NCBI GenBank assembly: GCA_963777605.1
Contig: CAVZRV010000031.1
Coordinates: 320,001-384,000 of the forward strand
Length of the DNA: 64,000 nt
Direction of reading: 5' to 3'
From: an uncultured Acidobacteriota bacterium
GTDB lineage: Bacteria > Acidobacteriota > UBA6911 > RPQK01 > JAPXNP01
Each line of letters starts with the position of its first letter. Within the stretch, counting starts at the first letter, position 1. A program made the translations under genes and the position numbers. Under the pieces are notes generated by a model that saw only the letters and a program-made list of their open reading frames with translations, did not search any database and was not told where the DNA came from. Below, piece by piece: positions 21,323-30,761 of this stretch.

Positions 21323-22228
21323 TCAGAGTCCGCTTCCGGAACGCGACACGGTGACGCGGACCTCGTTGCCACAACCCAGATACTTCAGAGTTTTAAAGCT
21401 CAACATCCGCGCCATCGCGATGCCTCGGCCATGGGCATCGAACGCACGATCCGGATCAAACTGGAGGAACGGCTTCCAGTCGAACCCCTTTCCCTGGTCC
21501 TTGATCCGGATGGCGATTTCATCATCCGCACCCTGAAAGAACACTTCCACAAACTTGTCCCGGTTGGAAGGCATTTGGAGGCGGCGCTCCACCTCCGTAT
21601 GCCAGCCGTCCCGCTGGAACAGGCACGTCTTCTCTGCGTAAGTGATTCCCAGGTTTCCATGTTCAACCGCGTTGACGAGCAGTTCGGAAAGGCCGGTCAC
21701 GACGAACTCCGGAGCCGGGCAGGCGTTTGACAGAAAGACAGCAAGATTGTCGGCTTCATCCAAATTCTGGTAGCGAAAGTAGCCCTCCCGCATCAGACCG
21801 CAAACCCGGGCGCTCTTCTTCTGTTGATCGTGCAATTCCTGGTAGCGGCGATACTCGGTAACTGCCGACCTCACAATCGGGCACAACAAGCTGACGTCAA
21901 ACGGCTTCACGAGGTAGTAATACGCCCCTGCCTCAAGGCCGGCCAGCACGTCCTCCCGCTCGCCGGCGGACGTAACCACAATGACCGGGATCGGAGCGAG
22001 CAACGGGTGGTCTTTGATGCGCGCCAGCAACTCCAGCCCATCCAGGTCAGGCATCGTGCGGTCGAGGATGATCGCCTGGAATCGACCCGGAGAGGCTTTA
22101 AGCTTTTCCCAGGCAGGCAGGCCTCGATCGACTGCCTCCAGTTGATAGTCCTCATCGATCAGGATTTCGGTGATGATTTCAACGCTGATGGGCTCGTCGT
22201 CAACGATCAAAACGCTCGGCTTCTTCAT
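21323..22228 (-). CDS. Receiver domain fused to an RsbW-like HATPase (anti-sigma kinase)
   Basis: VLIVDD..LDRTMP..YLVKP; ELLVNAVEHGN, DQGKGF, HGRGI. Confidence 0.88.
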   Translation of the reverse strand: MKKPSVLIVDDEPISVEIITEILIDEDYQLEAVDRGLPAWEKLKASPGRFQAIILDRTMPDLDGLELLARIKDHPLLAPIPVIVVTSAGEREDVLAGLEAGAYYYLVKPFDVSLLCPIVRSAVTEYRRYQELHDQQKKSARVCGLMREGYFRYQNLDEADNLAVFLSNACPAPEFVVTGLSELLVNAVEHGNLGITYAEKTCLFQRDGWHTEVERRLQMPSNRDKFVEVFFQGADDEIAIRIKDQGKGFDWKPFLQFDPDRAFDAHGRGIAMARMLSFKTLKYLGCGNEVRVTVSRSGSGL

Positions 22229-22518
22229 GACCAGCAAGGCACTCCCAGAACCTTGCGAAACGCCGGAACAGAGTCACTCCGCGACATAAATCTGGATCCG
22301 GTCGACCCGCAGGCAGATTGCCGAGATAATACCGTGTTTCGTTTCGAAAGGCCTCCTCCCGTGAAATTGTAGCAACGGCTAACGCTGTTGATCGATATCC
22401 GGTAGAATTCGGGTAATTGAAGATGAGCCTTTCCTCGGTTTGAGCATTTTGTGACCGTCGTTAAGGTGCAAACACAGTTTGACTCATACGTTCCCAGGTA
22501 AAAGCAAGGAGTGCGCAT

Positions 22519-23109
22519 ATGGCTAGAAAGCAAGAAGAAGCCAAAGCTGGAACTACTCCGTCAGATGCCGCTTCGATCGACGGGCCCAGTTTGACCGGAT
22601 CGGGTGTGGAGCGGATCCGGGAAATCCTGTTCGGGGCCCAGATGGAGGACTATGATGCCCGCTTTTCGGGGCTCGAGAACAGCCTGAAGGACGCCGCAGC
22701 GGCGCTCCGCGGAGCAATATCCCAAGGGCTTTCAGCACTTCAAGAGGATGTCTCCGGAAAGAGTTCGAACCTGAACAGTCAGTTGGCGGAAACCGAGAGG
22801 GCCCTTCGTGAAGACGCCGGCAAACTATCGGAGCGGCAGAAGCAGGATTCGACACGGCTGGCGGAGACCATCGAGCAGGTACACACCACACTGGACAGCA
22901 AGATCGAGGCCGTCGTCGCGAGATTTGAGGAAGCCATCGCTACTCTGAGCAGTCAGATGGAGGCCCGGAATTCCGAAATGCTGAAGACCCTCGATACTCG
23001 CGTCAAGGAACTGAGTGCGGTGAAAGCAGACCGGGCAACGCTGGCTACGCTGCTCACCGACCTGGCCGGAAATCTGACCTCGGATTCCGAATCCCGGGAT
23101 AAAGAATAG
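22519..23109 (+). CDS. Coiled-coil protein with an IREILFG motif
   Basis: AAGGAG RBS; VERIREILFGAQMEDYDARF; heptad-rich body; DRATLATLL near the C-terminus. Confidence 0.75.
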   Translation: MARKQEEAKAGTTPSDAASIDGPSLTGSGVERIREILFGAQMEDYDARFSGLENSLKDAAAALRGAISQGLSALQEDVSGKSSNLNSQLAETERALREDAGKLSERQKQDSTRLAETIEQVHTTLDSKIEAVVARFEEAIATLSSQMEARNSEMLKTLDTRVKELSAVKADRATLATLLTDLAGNLTSDSESRDKE

Positions 23110-23157
23110 GTAGCACCTGCCGGTCTTCAAAGGACTGAGGCCGCTGCGGTACTCACG

Positions 23158-24903
23158 ATGGGCAAGTCAAAGCCTCAACTTGAATGTGACAAGCAACCCG
23201 AACCGGGCTCCTCGAACGAGGGTCTCGAAGAGCTCCGGAGGATTCTGCTCGACCCGGATCGAGAAAGGCTTGCCCGGCTCGCGCGGCGGGTTGAGGGCCA
23301 TGAAGACCGGGCCAGCGACGTTGGCGAAGTATTCGTCGAAGCCCTCGAACTCAGAGATGCGGCGGACCAGACGGTAACCGAGGCGCTGTCGCCTCGCATC
23401 GAGGACGCTCTTCGCCGGACGATCCGGCGCAATCCCAGAATCCTGGTCGATATTCTCTTCCCGATTATCGGCCCGATGATCCGCAAGGCGATTTCCGAGT
23501 CCTTTCGTCGGCTTCTGGAATCGTTCAACGAAGGCCTTGAACACAGTTTCACTCTCCGGGGATTGCGCTGGCGATGGGAAGCCTGGAGATCGGGACGTCC
23601 ATTTTCCGAGGTCGTGCTGCTTCACACTCTGGAGTACCGGGTGGAGCAGGTCTTCCTTATACACAGTGAGAGTGGCCTCCTGATCGATCATGCAGCGATC
23701 GAGACGGTCATTGCTGAGAATCCTGATCTTGTTTCAGGAATGTTTACGGCACTCCGTGATTTCGTGAAAGATTCCTTTCGAGTAGACGAATCAGGATCAG
23801 TAGGAGAGCTCCAGGTGGGGGATCTCACAATCTGGGCGGAATCAGCGCCTTACACGACCTTGGCGGCAGTTATTCGCGGAACGGCCCCCAGCGAGTTAAG
23901 AGACTTGCTGCAAGACACCTCCGGGAGAATCCACCAGAGGTTGGGTACGGAACTGGCAAATTTCGACAGAGATCAATCGATCGGAAGCCAGGCCCATCCC
24001 TATTTGCAGGACTGCCTGCTGCAGAAGAGGGCTCCGAAGCAGAAGCCCGTGCTGGCCTGGGCACTTCTCAGCGCCATCGCCCTCGTTCTCCTGACCATTT
24101 TCGGATACTTCGCCGTCAGCCATTACCTTGACGGTCAAAAATTCGAGCAGTACCTCGAAACCCTGAGACGGGAACCCGGAATTGTGGTAACCCAGGCGGG
24201 CAGGGAGGGAGGAAAGTACCAGGTCGTCGGGCTGCGCGATCCGCTGGCCGTTGAGCCCGATACCGTTGCCCGGTCGGTCGGACTGACAGCGGACGAGCTT
24301 CAGACTTTCTGGAAGTCTTACGTTTCGACCGAAGATCTGCTTGTGGCGGCGCGCGTCCGGCAGGTCCTCCACGCACCCGATACGGTTCGTCTTGAGGTCT
24401 CCGAGGGAGTACTTCACATTTCTGGTTCCGCCGATCCGGACTGGCTCAGCCGGGCGGAGGATCTCATTCGACTCGTACCGGGAGTCGGTGTCGTCGACTT
24501 GACCGGTTTGAGCACATTGAACTCGCAGTGGTTTCGTGGGCTGAAAGATTCCATGGAGGGGACCCGGATCTTCTTCGAACCCGGGTCGCGGGAAATTTCT
24601 CCGGACGAGATTTCCAAATTGGAGTCTGCTGCCCAGGTGCTGACCCGGTTGCTGGCCGGTGCGATTCCACGGTCCGCCGTGCGGATCGAAGTCCTCGGGA
24701 TGGCTGACAGCGAGGGTGAAACCGAGTTCAACCAGAAGTTGAGTGAAGAGAGGGCCGAAGCCGTGAGACGTCAACTCGTTACGCTCGGGCTGGATGGCGA
24801 CAGCCTGATCGCCGTCGGACAAGGCGAGGGCGGGAGTGTAGTTTCGGCCCGGCGGGTCGGATTTCAGATCGTTGTGGCCTCCCCAGAACCTGCCGGTGAA
24901 TGA
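23158..24903 (+). CDS. Inner-membrane protein with a large cytoplasmic domain, BON-like and OmpA-C domains
   Basis: LFPIIGP.IRKAI, YRVEQVFLIHSESGLL, VSGMFTA..FVKDSF, one TM helix, G.AD..G..N..LS..RA..V (OmpA-C). Confidence 0.85.
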   Translation: MGKSKPQLECDKQPEPGSSNEGLEELRRILLDPDRERLARLARRVEGHEDRASDVGEVFVEALELRDAADQTVTEALSPRIEDALRRTIRRNPRILVDILFPIIGPMIRKAISESFRRLLESFNEGLEHSFTLRGLRWRWEAWRSGRPFSEVVLLHTLEYRVEQVFLIHSESGLLIDHAAIETVIAENPDLVSGMFTALRDFVKDSFRVDESGSVGELQVGDLTIWAESAPYTTLAAVIRGTAPSELRDLLQDTSGRIHQRLGTELANFDRDQSIGSQAHPYLQDCLLQKRAPKQKPVLAWALLSAIALVLLTIFGYFAVSHYLDGQKFEQYLETLRREPGIVVTQAGREGGKYQVVGLRDPLAVEPDTVARSVGLTADELQTFWKSYVSTEDLLVAARVRQVLHAPDTVRLEVSEGVLHISGSADPDWLSRAEDLIRLVPGVGVVDLTGLSTLNSQWFRGLKDSMEGTRIFFEPGSREISPDEISKLESAAQVLTRLLAGAIPRSAVRIEVLGMADSEGETEFNQKLSEERAEAVRRQLVTLGLDGDSLIAVGQGEGGSVVSARRVGFQIVVASPEPAGE

Positions 24904-25171
24904 TCGATGCAAAAGACCGAACTGCCGGGCGGGGCAATCAATCCTGTGAACGGGCGCGAGGCTTCTGAGAACCAGTATGCCCACACCAACCTGCACAATA
25001 CTAACGAATTTTCGTGGGCTTCTGAGGGCCGTATCGATGCAGGAAGGGTTCCGACTCAGGCGCTTTCAGCCCGGAGTCGGCATCTGCCTGGCTCCGGCAT
25101 GAGGAGCGCCGCAGCGTTCATCGAATCGATCCAAACTTGAAGTAGGCCTCGCGCCATACTCCAATGAAGAA

Positions 25172-26251
25172 ATGGATTTCGCTCAAATCTGGAACCAAGT
25201 GCCCGATCCCGAAGTGATCCTGATGCCGGTCGCAGCCATCCTGGCGGCGATCGTCCTCGGCCTTCTGACTTACTTCGTCCTCTTCAGAATTCTGAATCGG
25301 TTCGCTTCGCGCACCCGGACGTTGGCGGACGATGCTTTCGTCAAACATTGTTCCCGGTCGGCGAAGTTGTTTCTCCCGCTCCTCTTCGTCTGGTTGAGCC
25401 TACCCTTCTTCAAGTCCGACTCCTCGGCGTTTGCGTTCGTCAGCCATCTCCTGGAGATCCTGGTGGTCGTGACTCTGACCATGATGCTCATCGATCTGAC
25501 GGGTGTTCTCCAGGACATTGTTCTGAGCCATGTCCGAATGGACGTTGAAGACAACCTGAGAGCCCGAAAAATCTGGACCCAGATCGACCTGTTGAGAAAG
25601 ATCTCGGTCGTCGTGATCGTCATCCTCGGAGCAGCTGCGATTCTGATGAGTTACGACCGGCTCAGACAGTTGGGAACGGGACTGCTCGCATCTGCCGGAG
25701 TGGCGGGGTTGATTATCGGCTTCGCCGCGCAGAAGACAATCGCCAACATGTTGGCAGGCCTGCAGATCGCCATCACCCAGCCGATCCGCATCGACGACGT
25801 GGTGGTCGTGGAAGGCGAATGGGGCCGCATCGAAGAGATCACCCTGACTTACGTGGTCGTCTGCATCTGGGATCTGAGGCGGCTGGTCCTGCCGATCAGC
25901 TACTTCATCGAGAAACCCTTTCAAAACTGGACGCGGGTGTCTGCGGACATCCTCGGAACCGTGTTCCTCTACGTCGATTACTCCATGCCCATCGAGGAAC
26001 TGCGGCAGGAACTCGGGCGAATAGTGGAGGGAAGCGACCACTGGAATCACGAGGTGTGGCGCCTGCACGTAACGAGCGCCACCGAGAAGACCGTTGAACT
26101 GCGGGCACTGATGAGTGCGGCTGACTCCCCGACGGCCTGGGAACTTCGTTGCGAAGTGCGTGAAAAGCTGATCACGTTCGTCCAGGAAAGATTCCCCGAT
26201 TGCCTGCCCCGGTTTCGCGCCGAACTCGACCCGCGGGGAGGGAACCAATAA
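25172..26251 (+). CDS. mscS: Small-conductance mechanosensitive channel
   Basis: LLASAGVAGLIIGFAAQ, PIRIDD, WGRIEEITLTY, FQNWT. Confidence 0.92.
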   Translation: MDFAQIWNQVPDPEVILMPVAAILAAIVLGLLTYFVLFRILNRFASRTRTLADDAFVKHCSRSAKLFLPLLFVWLSLPFFKSDSSAFAFVSHLLEILVVVTLTMMLIDLTGVLQDIVLSHVRMDVEDNLRARKIWTQIDLLRKISVVVIVILGAAAILMSYDRLRQLGTGLLASAGVAGLIIGFAAQKTIANMLAGLQIAITQPIRIDDVVVVEGEWGRIEEITLTYVVVCIWDLRRLVLPISYFIEKPFQNWTRVSADILGTVFLYVDYSMPIEELRQELGRIVEGSDHWNHEVWRLHVTSATEKTVELRALMSAADSPTAWELRCEVREKLITFVQERFPDCLPRFRAELDPRGGNQ

Positions 26252-26286
26252 GATATGGGACAATCAGCCCTCAGGAGGACACGATC

Positions 26287-26778
26287 ATGGCTATCTCTGA
26301 TTCTCTGATTGCAGAACTGAAACACGAAGTGATCGCTACCCGCAAGGTTCTGGAGCGGGTACCCGACGACCGGCTCGAATGGAGGCCCCACGCGAAATCC
26401 TGGGATTTCATTCACCTTGCTTCCCACGTTGCCACCATTCTCGAGTGGGTCGAGCCGACGCTGGATCTGGAGGAGATGATCCTGCCCGAGAACTACAAAC
26501 CTTGGCTGGGAACCTCGAGCGCGGAATTGGTCGCGAAATTCGACGAGAGCGTCGCCAAAGCGATCAAACATCTTTCCGGTTACCAGGACAGCGAACTGAT
26601 GAAACCCTGGAGCCTGAGGGACGCTCAGCAGGTCTATTTCACGCTGCCCAGGGTTGCGGTCCTCCGGTCGTTCGTGATGAACCACCTCGTCCACCACCGC
26701 GGTCAACTGACAATCTACCTTCGACTGAATGACATCCCAATGCCCGCGATCTACGGCCCGTCCGCCGACGAGTCCTGA
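26287..26778 (+). CDS. DinB family protein
   Basis: AGGAGG RBS; WRPH.KS..LASH; NHLVHHRGQL..YLR..P.IYGP. Confidence 0.9.
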   Translation: MAISDSLIAELKHEVIATRKVLERVPDDRLEWRPHAKSWDFIHLASHVATILEWVEPTLDLEEMILPENYKPWLGTSSAELVAKFDESVAKAIKHLSGYQDSELMKPWSLRDAQQVYFTLPRVAVLRSFVMNHLVHHRGQLTIYLRLNDIPMPAIYGPSADES

Positions 26779-26796
26779 ACCGGAGACTGCGTCAAC

Positions 26797-29202
26797 TCAA
26801 CGGGGGTGCAGCTCGGTCTTCGATTCCGCCCCGGCTTCAATCCTGTCCCGGGAATAGAGGAGCGGAAAGTACTCCCCGCCGGCCCAGGGCCGAGCCAGAT
26901 CCCGGTAGTGGGGGCTGTCGGGGTCGCCCGACTGCCCCGGCGAGTTGGTCCCGACGCTTCGATCCCAGTCATCCAGGTCGACGATGACTCGGAAGGATGC
27001 CCCCGACACCTGAAGATCCTGGCTGTTGGTCATGTTCACGGTCGATGCGCTCCCTCCCCGGGAGAGCGGGCCGACATCCAGCGTGCCGCGTCTGGACTCG
27101 CGAACGGAGGAACTGAGCGCGTGCTCGAACTCGATGTGATGGAGCGCCGGGTCCCCCCAACGCCACGATTTGTGATCCGGCCCGAATCGCTTCGTCAGGT
27201 CAGCGACCGACGCCTGGAGGCATTCCAGCAGCAGGCGGTCACGCCCCTCCAGCGGTTTGCTGCCGAATGCTGCGTCCGGGGCGAGGAGCCAGTCGATCGC
27301 TTTTCGGAGCGACCTGGAATCGAACGACTCCCGGATTTCATCGGGCAGGTGGAGGTCCCAGACCCGCTCGCTCAGCGTTCTCTCCCAGACCATGTAGAGG
27401 GCTGCCGCGGCGGAGTCCGGTTTGAGCCGAAAATCCCAACCTTCCAGCAGGGTCTTCACCTCCTGAATTGCCGGATCCGGGCTCTCCAGGTTCCGAAGCA
27501 GCGGCACCAGCCAGCGGGCCGGGAGGCTGAGGTAGTCCTGCTGCAATGACATCATGTCAGCCATCGACAAGAGCCGGCCCGAACCCAGGACTTCCTGGAT
27601 CCGGGCGTAGCGGAACGGCTCCGCCCACTGCACTCCCAGTGGGAACGGGTAACTGCGTGGAAGATTCTCCTGGTTGGCCGTGGCCAGAAACCCTTCTGGA
27701 GGATTGATTCGGTGGGGCAGTTCGCTGACCGGCAGAAAGCCGTTCCACTCGAAGCGCCCGTCTCCGGGGACCGGGAGCAGCCCGTTCCAGTTGGGTCGGA
27801 GCGGGGCGATGCCGGTTGCCTGCCAACCGATGTTTCCGTTCCGGTCGGCCCACACCATGTTCTCCGATGGCGCCAGAAAGAAGTCGCACGCTGCCTTAAA
27901 CTCATCCCACGAGTGCGCCTGGTCGAATCTGAGACTGGCAAGGTAGGGCGCGGTGCCCGGTTCAAGCCAGGCCGCCCTCAACGCGTAGGCCCGGTGATTC
28001 TGCTCGTCCTGGTAAAGAACCGGGCCGTGGCGAGTGAATCGCAGCTTAACCCTGCGGGCTTCACTGCCCTTGACAGGAATTGTTTCCTCCAATTCCCGCA
28101 TCTGCTCCCAACCATCCCGGTAACGATAGCGAAGAGGGTTCGCCGGGTCGGTTTCGTAGACGTAGAGGTCCTCCTGATCGATGGAAAAGATCGTGAGTCC
28201 CCACGCCCCGTTGTCGTTGTGCCCGATGGAGACTCCGGGCAGAGCCGGTTCGCCACCGCCGATCACGTTCCATTGATCCGAAACCAGGTGGACAAAGTAG
28301 CGAAGTGACGGCACCTGCTGGGAACGGTGAGGATCGTTGGCAAGAAATGCCGACCGGGTCAGCGTTCGGGACGGACTGATCGCCCAGTTGTTGCTGCCAA
28401 GGTTTAGCCCTTCGAGGCGATCGAACGGCCTCCGAATCAAGGCGGTCTCGCCTGCCTGCTGAGGATTTCTCCAATCCGGGTCCACGATGTCTCCGGGCTT
28501 TGGCGAGAATTCGGAACGGGATGCCCGGTAGAGGTCGAGGATGGAGTCATTGATCAGGCCGAGCTTCAGCCCGTCGGGAACCTCGATCCGGTGGCGGCCC
28601 GGTTCCAGGGTCAGCAAAGCGCTCATGCGGTCCGCTCCGATCTTCGAAGTCCATTGGGCCAGCTTCACTTCGACCGAAGCATTGCGAAACAGCCCGTTGT
28701 GCCGTGAGACCACCACCTCGGGAGTCCATTTGCCCGGTTTGATCCCGAGCAGCTGAAACTCGATCGGCAACTTTCCGGGCTGCTGGTCGAGGAGATCGAT
28801 GTACGCATTGATTCCCCGAACGAAAGCTCCGACGATTCGTTCACCGCGGGGATGGTAATGCTTGAGTTCACTTGAAAGGTCACCGCGAAAACTCAACAAC
28901 CGAGCCCCAATGTCTTGTTGGAGTGCCTTCTCTCCAAGGACCTCGGAGACCGTGCCGGTCGCCGCCCGCCTCCAGACCTCCAGCTGAAAGAGCCGGTCCC
29001 GGGCGGCATTGAACCCCTGGGCAAAAAAGAGATCATCTTCGGAGGAAGCGTAGATATGGGAAATCCCCCAGGGATCCCGGACGATTTCGACCGAATCCCC
29101 GATTCCATCGATTGAAATGTTCTCGAGGGCCGGGTCCCTGGAGAGGAACCCGGTCCCGGCTACCAGCGAAAACAGAAGGAGGGCGAGAGAAAAACGCTTC
29201 AT
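26797..29202 (-). CDS. Penicillin acylase family (Ntn hydrolase, S45)
   Basis: RDPWGISHIYA, GSNNW, LANDPH, TRHGPV, PGQSG.P.SPHY.D. Confidence 0.93.
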   Translation of the reverse strand: MKRFSLALLLFSLVAGTGFLSRDPALENISIDGIGDSVEIVRDPWGISHIYASSEDDLFFAQGFNAARDRLFQLEVWRRAATGTVSEVLGEKALQQDIGARLLSFRGDLSSELKHYHPRGERIVGAFVRGINAYIDLLDQQPGKLPIEFQLLGIKPGKWTPEVVVSRHNGLFRNASVEVKLAQWTSKIGADRMSALLTLEPGRHRIEVPDGLKLGLINDSILDLYRASRSEFSPKPGDIVDPDWRNPQQAGETALIRRPFDRLEGLNLGSNNWAISPSRTLTRSAFLANDPHRSQQVPSLRYFVHLVSDQWNVIGGGEPALPGVSIGHNDNGAWGLTIFSIDQEDLYVYETDPANPLRYRYRDGWEQMRELEETIPVKGSEARRVKLRFTRHGPVLYQDEQNHRAYALRAAWLEPGTAPYLASLRFDQAHSWDEFKAACDFFLAPSENMVWADRNGNIGWQATGIAPLRPNWNGLLPVPGDGRFEWNGFLPVSELPHRINPPEGFLATANQENLPRSYPFPLGVQWAEPFRYARIQEVLGSGRLLSMADMMSLQQDYLSLPARWLVPLLRNLESPDPAIQEVKTLLEGWDFRLKPDSAAAALYMVWERTLSERVWDLHLPDEIRESFDSRSLRKAIDWLLAPDAAFGSKPLEGRDRLLLECLQASVADLTKRFGPDHKSWRWGDPALHHIEFEHALSSSVRESRRGTLDVGPLSRGGSASTVNMTNSQDLQVSGASFRVIVDLDDWDRSVGTNSPGQSGDPDSPHYRDLARPWAGGEYFPLLYSRDRIEAGAESKTELHPR

Positions 29203-29311
29203 TCCTCTTCTCTACCCAACCCGTTCCGGAAACGCAAGCACTCCGTCATCGGGACGGGGTGCAACTCAGACCGACTGGTTTTGGGTTTGGAGAGTTCGTC
29301 ATATGCTCAGG

Positions 29312-29330
29312 GTCGGGGACGGACCCCGAC
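29312..29330. repeat. GGGGACGGACCCC-core REP-like hairpin
   Basis: GTCGGGG-ACGGA-CCCCGAC, intergenic. Confidence 0.6.
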
Positions 29331-29368
29331 GGGTGGTGAGACAGGAGACACCCTCTTGGAAGATTGTC

Positions 29369-30619
29369 CTACGGTGCCTGGTTGCCGACACGGAGAACGT
29401 AGGCCTGGCGGCTTCCCGTGAAGGTGGAGTTGAAACCGATTTGGCGGCCGCTGGAACTCCAGCGAGGATGGAGGTCGCATCGCCATTCGCCGCCGAACGG
29501 CTCCGGCTCGACGAACCGGCCCACCGGGAGGACCGCTTCAGACTCCATGTCCATCAGGAAGAGGTGCTGTTCCCGAAGCTTGTTGGGATAGGTGTCGGTC
29601 ACCATCCACTTTCCGTCCGGCGAGAAGGTCCCGTGCCCGTCATAGTCCAGCAACCCACGTCCCAACCTGCGGTAGTTCTGACGGCCCACGGTGAACAGTA
29701 CGTGGCTCCATATCTTGCCCTCGAACAGACTGGTGATCATCAGGTTCTCTCCGTCGAGCCAGTCGAAGTGCGAGCCGCTCCAGCCGTCCGGGAAACAACG
29801 CCGCAACCCGGTCCCATCGACGTTCACGGTCAAAGCCGTCGTGTTCCGCTCGGGGATGGCACGGGCAAGCCAGAAGACCTTGCTGCCGTCACGGCTGAAG
29901 AGAGTGTGGTTGAAGTATTCGAGGCCATCCTCCGGGACATCGGGCACGAGTTCCTTTACGTCCGCGATCGAGACGAGGAGTCGCCTCGTCCCGGTTTCCA
30001 GGTCCACCAGGAAGAGGCCATCGTCGCCGGGGAATATTTCGCCTTCACGCGGAGCCTGCCCCCGTCCGCCATAACCGTAGTCGGGCCGGGTCCTTCTCAG
30101 GCGCGCAAAGTTGATACTGACCGCCCGGGTTCCGTCCGGAGAAACCGCACTCACCGGCCAGGGGATCACCCGGAGCTCCTTGCGGGTGCGGATATCGAAT
30201 ATGACTGAAACGAACTTTCCATCACGGAGATCGTTGAAAATCAGTTGCGACTCCGGATCGGTTCCCAGCCAGTGCGCCATGCAACCCTGCTGGAAATTCC
30301 AGGCCCGGGTCTCGAGCAGTGGCAGGAATTGCTTCGTCTCCATGTCCACGAGTCCGAGAGTCGCAGGGTCCGCATCGCTCGGCAGCCGGTCCCGGATCGA
30401 CGTCTCGAGGACGGTCGCATATCGTTCGGAACGATTCCACGAGTTGATCCCGTAGTAACTCGCGTAGAAATGCTCTTGTGGACCGTCCGTAACCGCTTCA
30501 TACCCCGCGACCCGGGGAAATCGAACAATCGTCTCCGGCCTCTCCGGCTGGCTGATCCCGGCCGGCACAAACAACAACGCAAAGAATGAGAGGCATACGG
30601 AGATCGAGCCCACCTTCAT
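29369..30619 (-). CDS. Secreted TolB-like beta-propeller (oligogalacturonate lyase-like)
   Basis: Signal peptide; AWNFQQG, NHTLFS.DG, SHFDW, DGH.TFSPDG..VTDTYP, RCDLHPRWS. Confidence 0.75.
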   Translation of the reverse strand: MKVGSISVCLSFFALLFVPAGISQPERPETIVRFPRVAGYEAVTDGPQEHFYASYYGINSWNRSERYATVLETSIRDRLPSDADPATLGLVDMETKQFLPLLETRAWNFQQGCMAHWLGTDPESQLIFNDLRDGKFVSVIFDIRTRKELRVIPWPVSAVSPDGTRAVSINFARLRRTRPDYGYGGRGQAPREGEIFPGDDGLFLVDLETGTRRLLVSIADVKELVPDVPEDGLEYFNHTLFSRDGSKVFWLARAIPERNTTALTVNVDGTGLRRCFPDGWSGSHFDWLDGENLMITSLFEGKIWSHVLFTVGRQNYRRLGRGLLDYDGHGTFSPDGKWMVTDTYPNKLREQHLFLMDMESEAVLPVGRFVEPEPFGGEWRCDLHPRWSSSGRQIGFNSTFTGSRQAYVLRVGNQAP

Positions 30620-30761
30620 AACGACTCCTCAGTTGGTTTCCCGGCCTGACCGATCAAACCTCCGTCGGCCAAAGACGAAAGTCCATCACCCGGTGCAATC
30701 ATCCGGTCTCTAAGACTACCGCGTTGAGGAGTCGCCCGCACTCAAAGAAAACCGCAAACAC

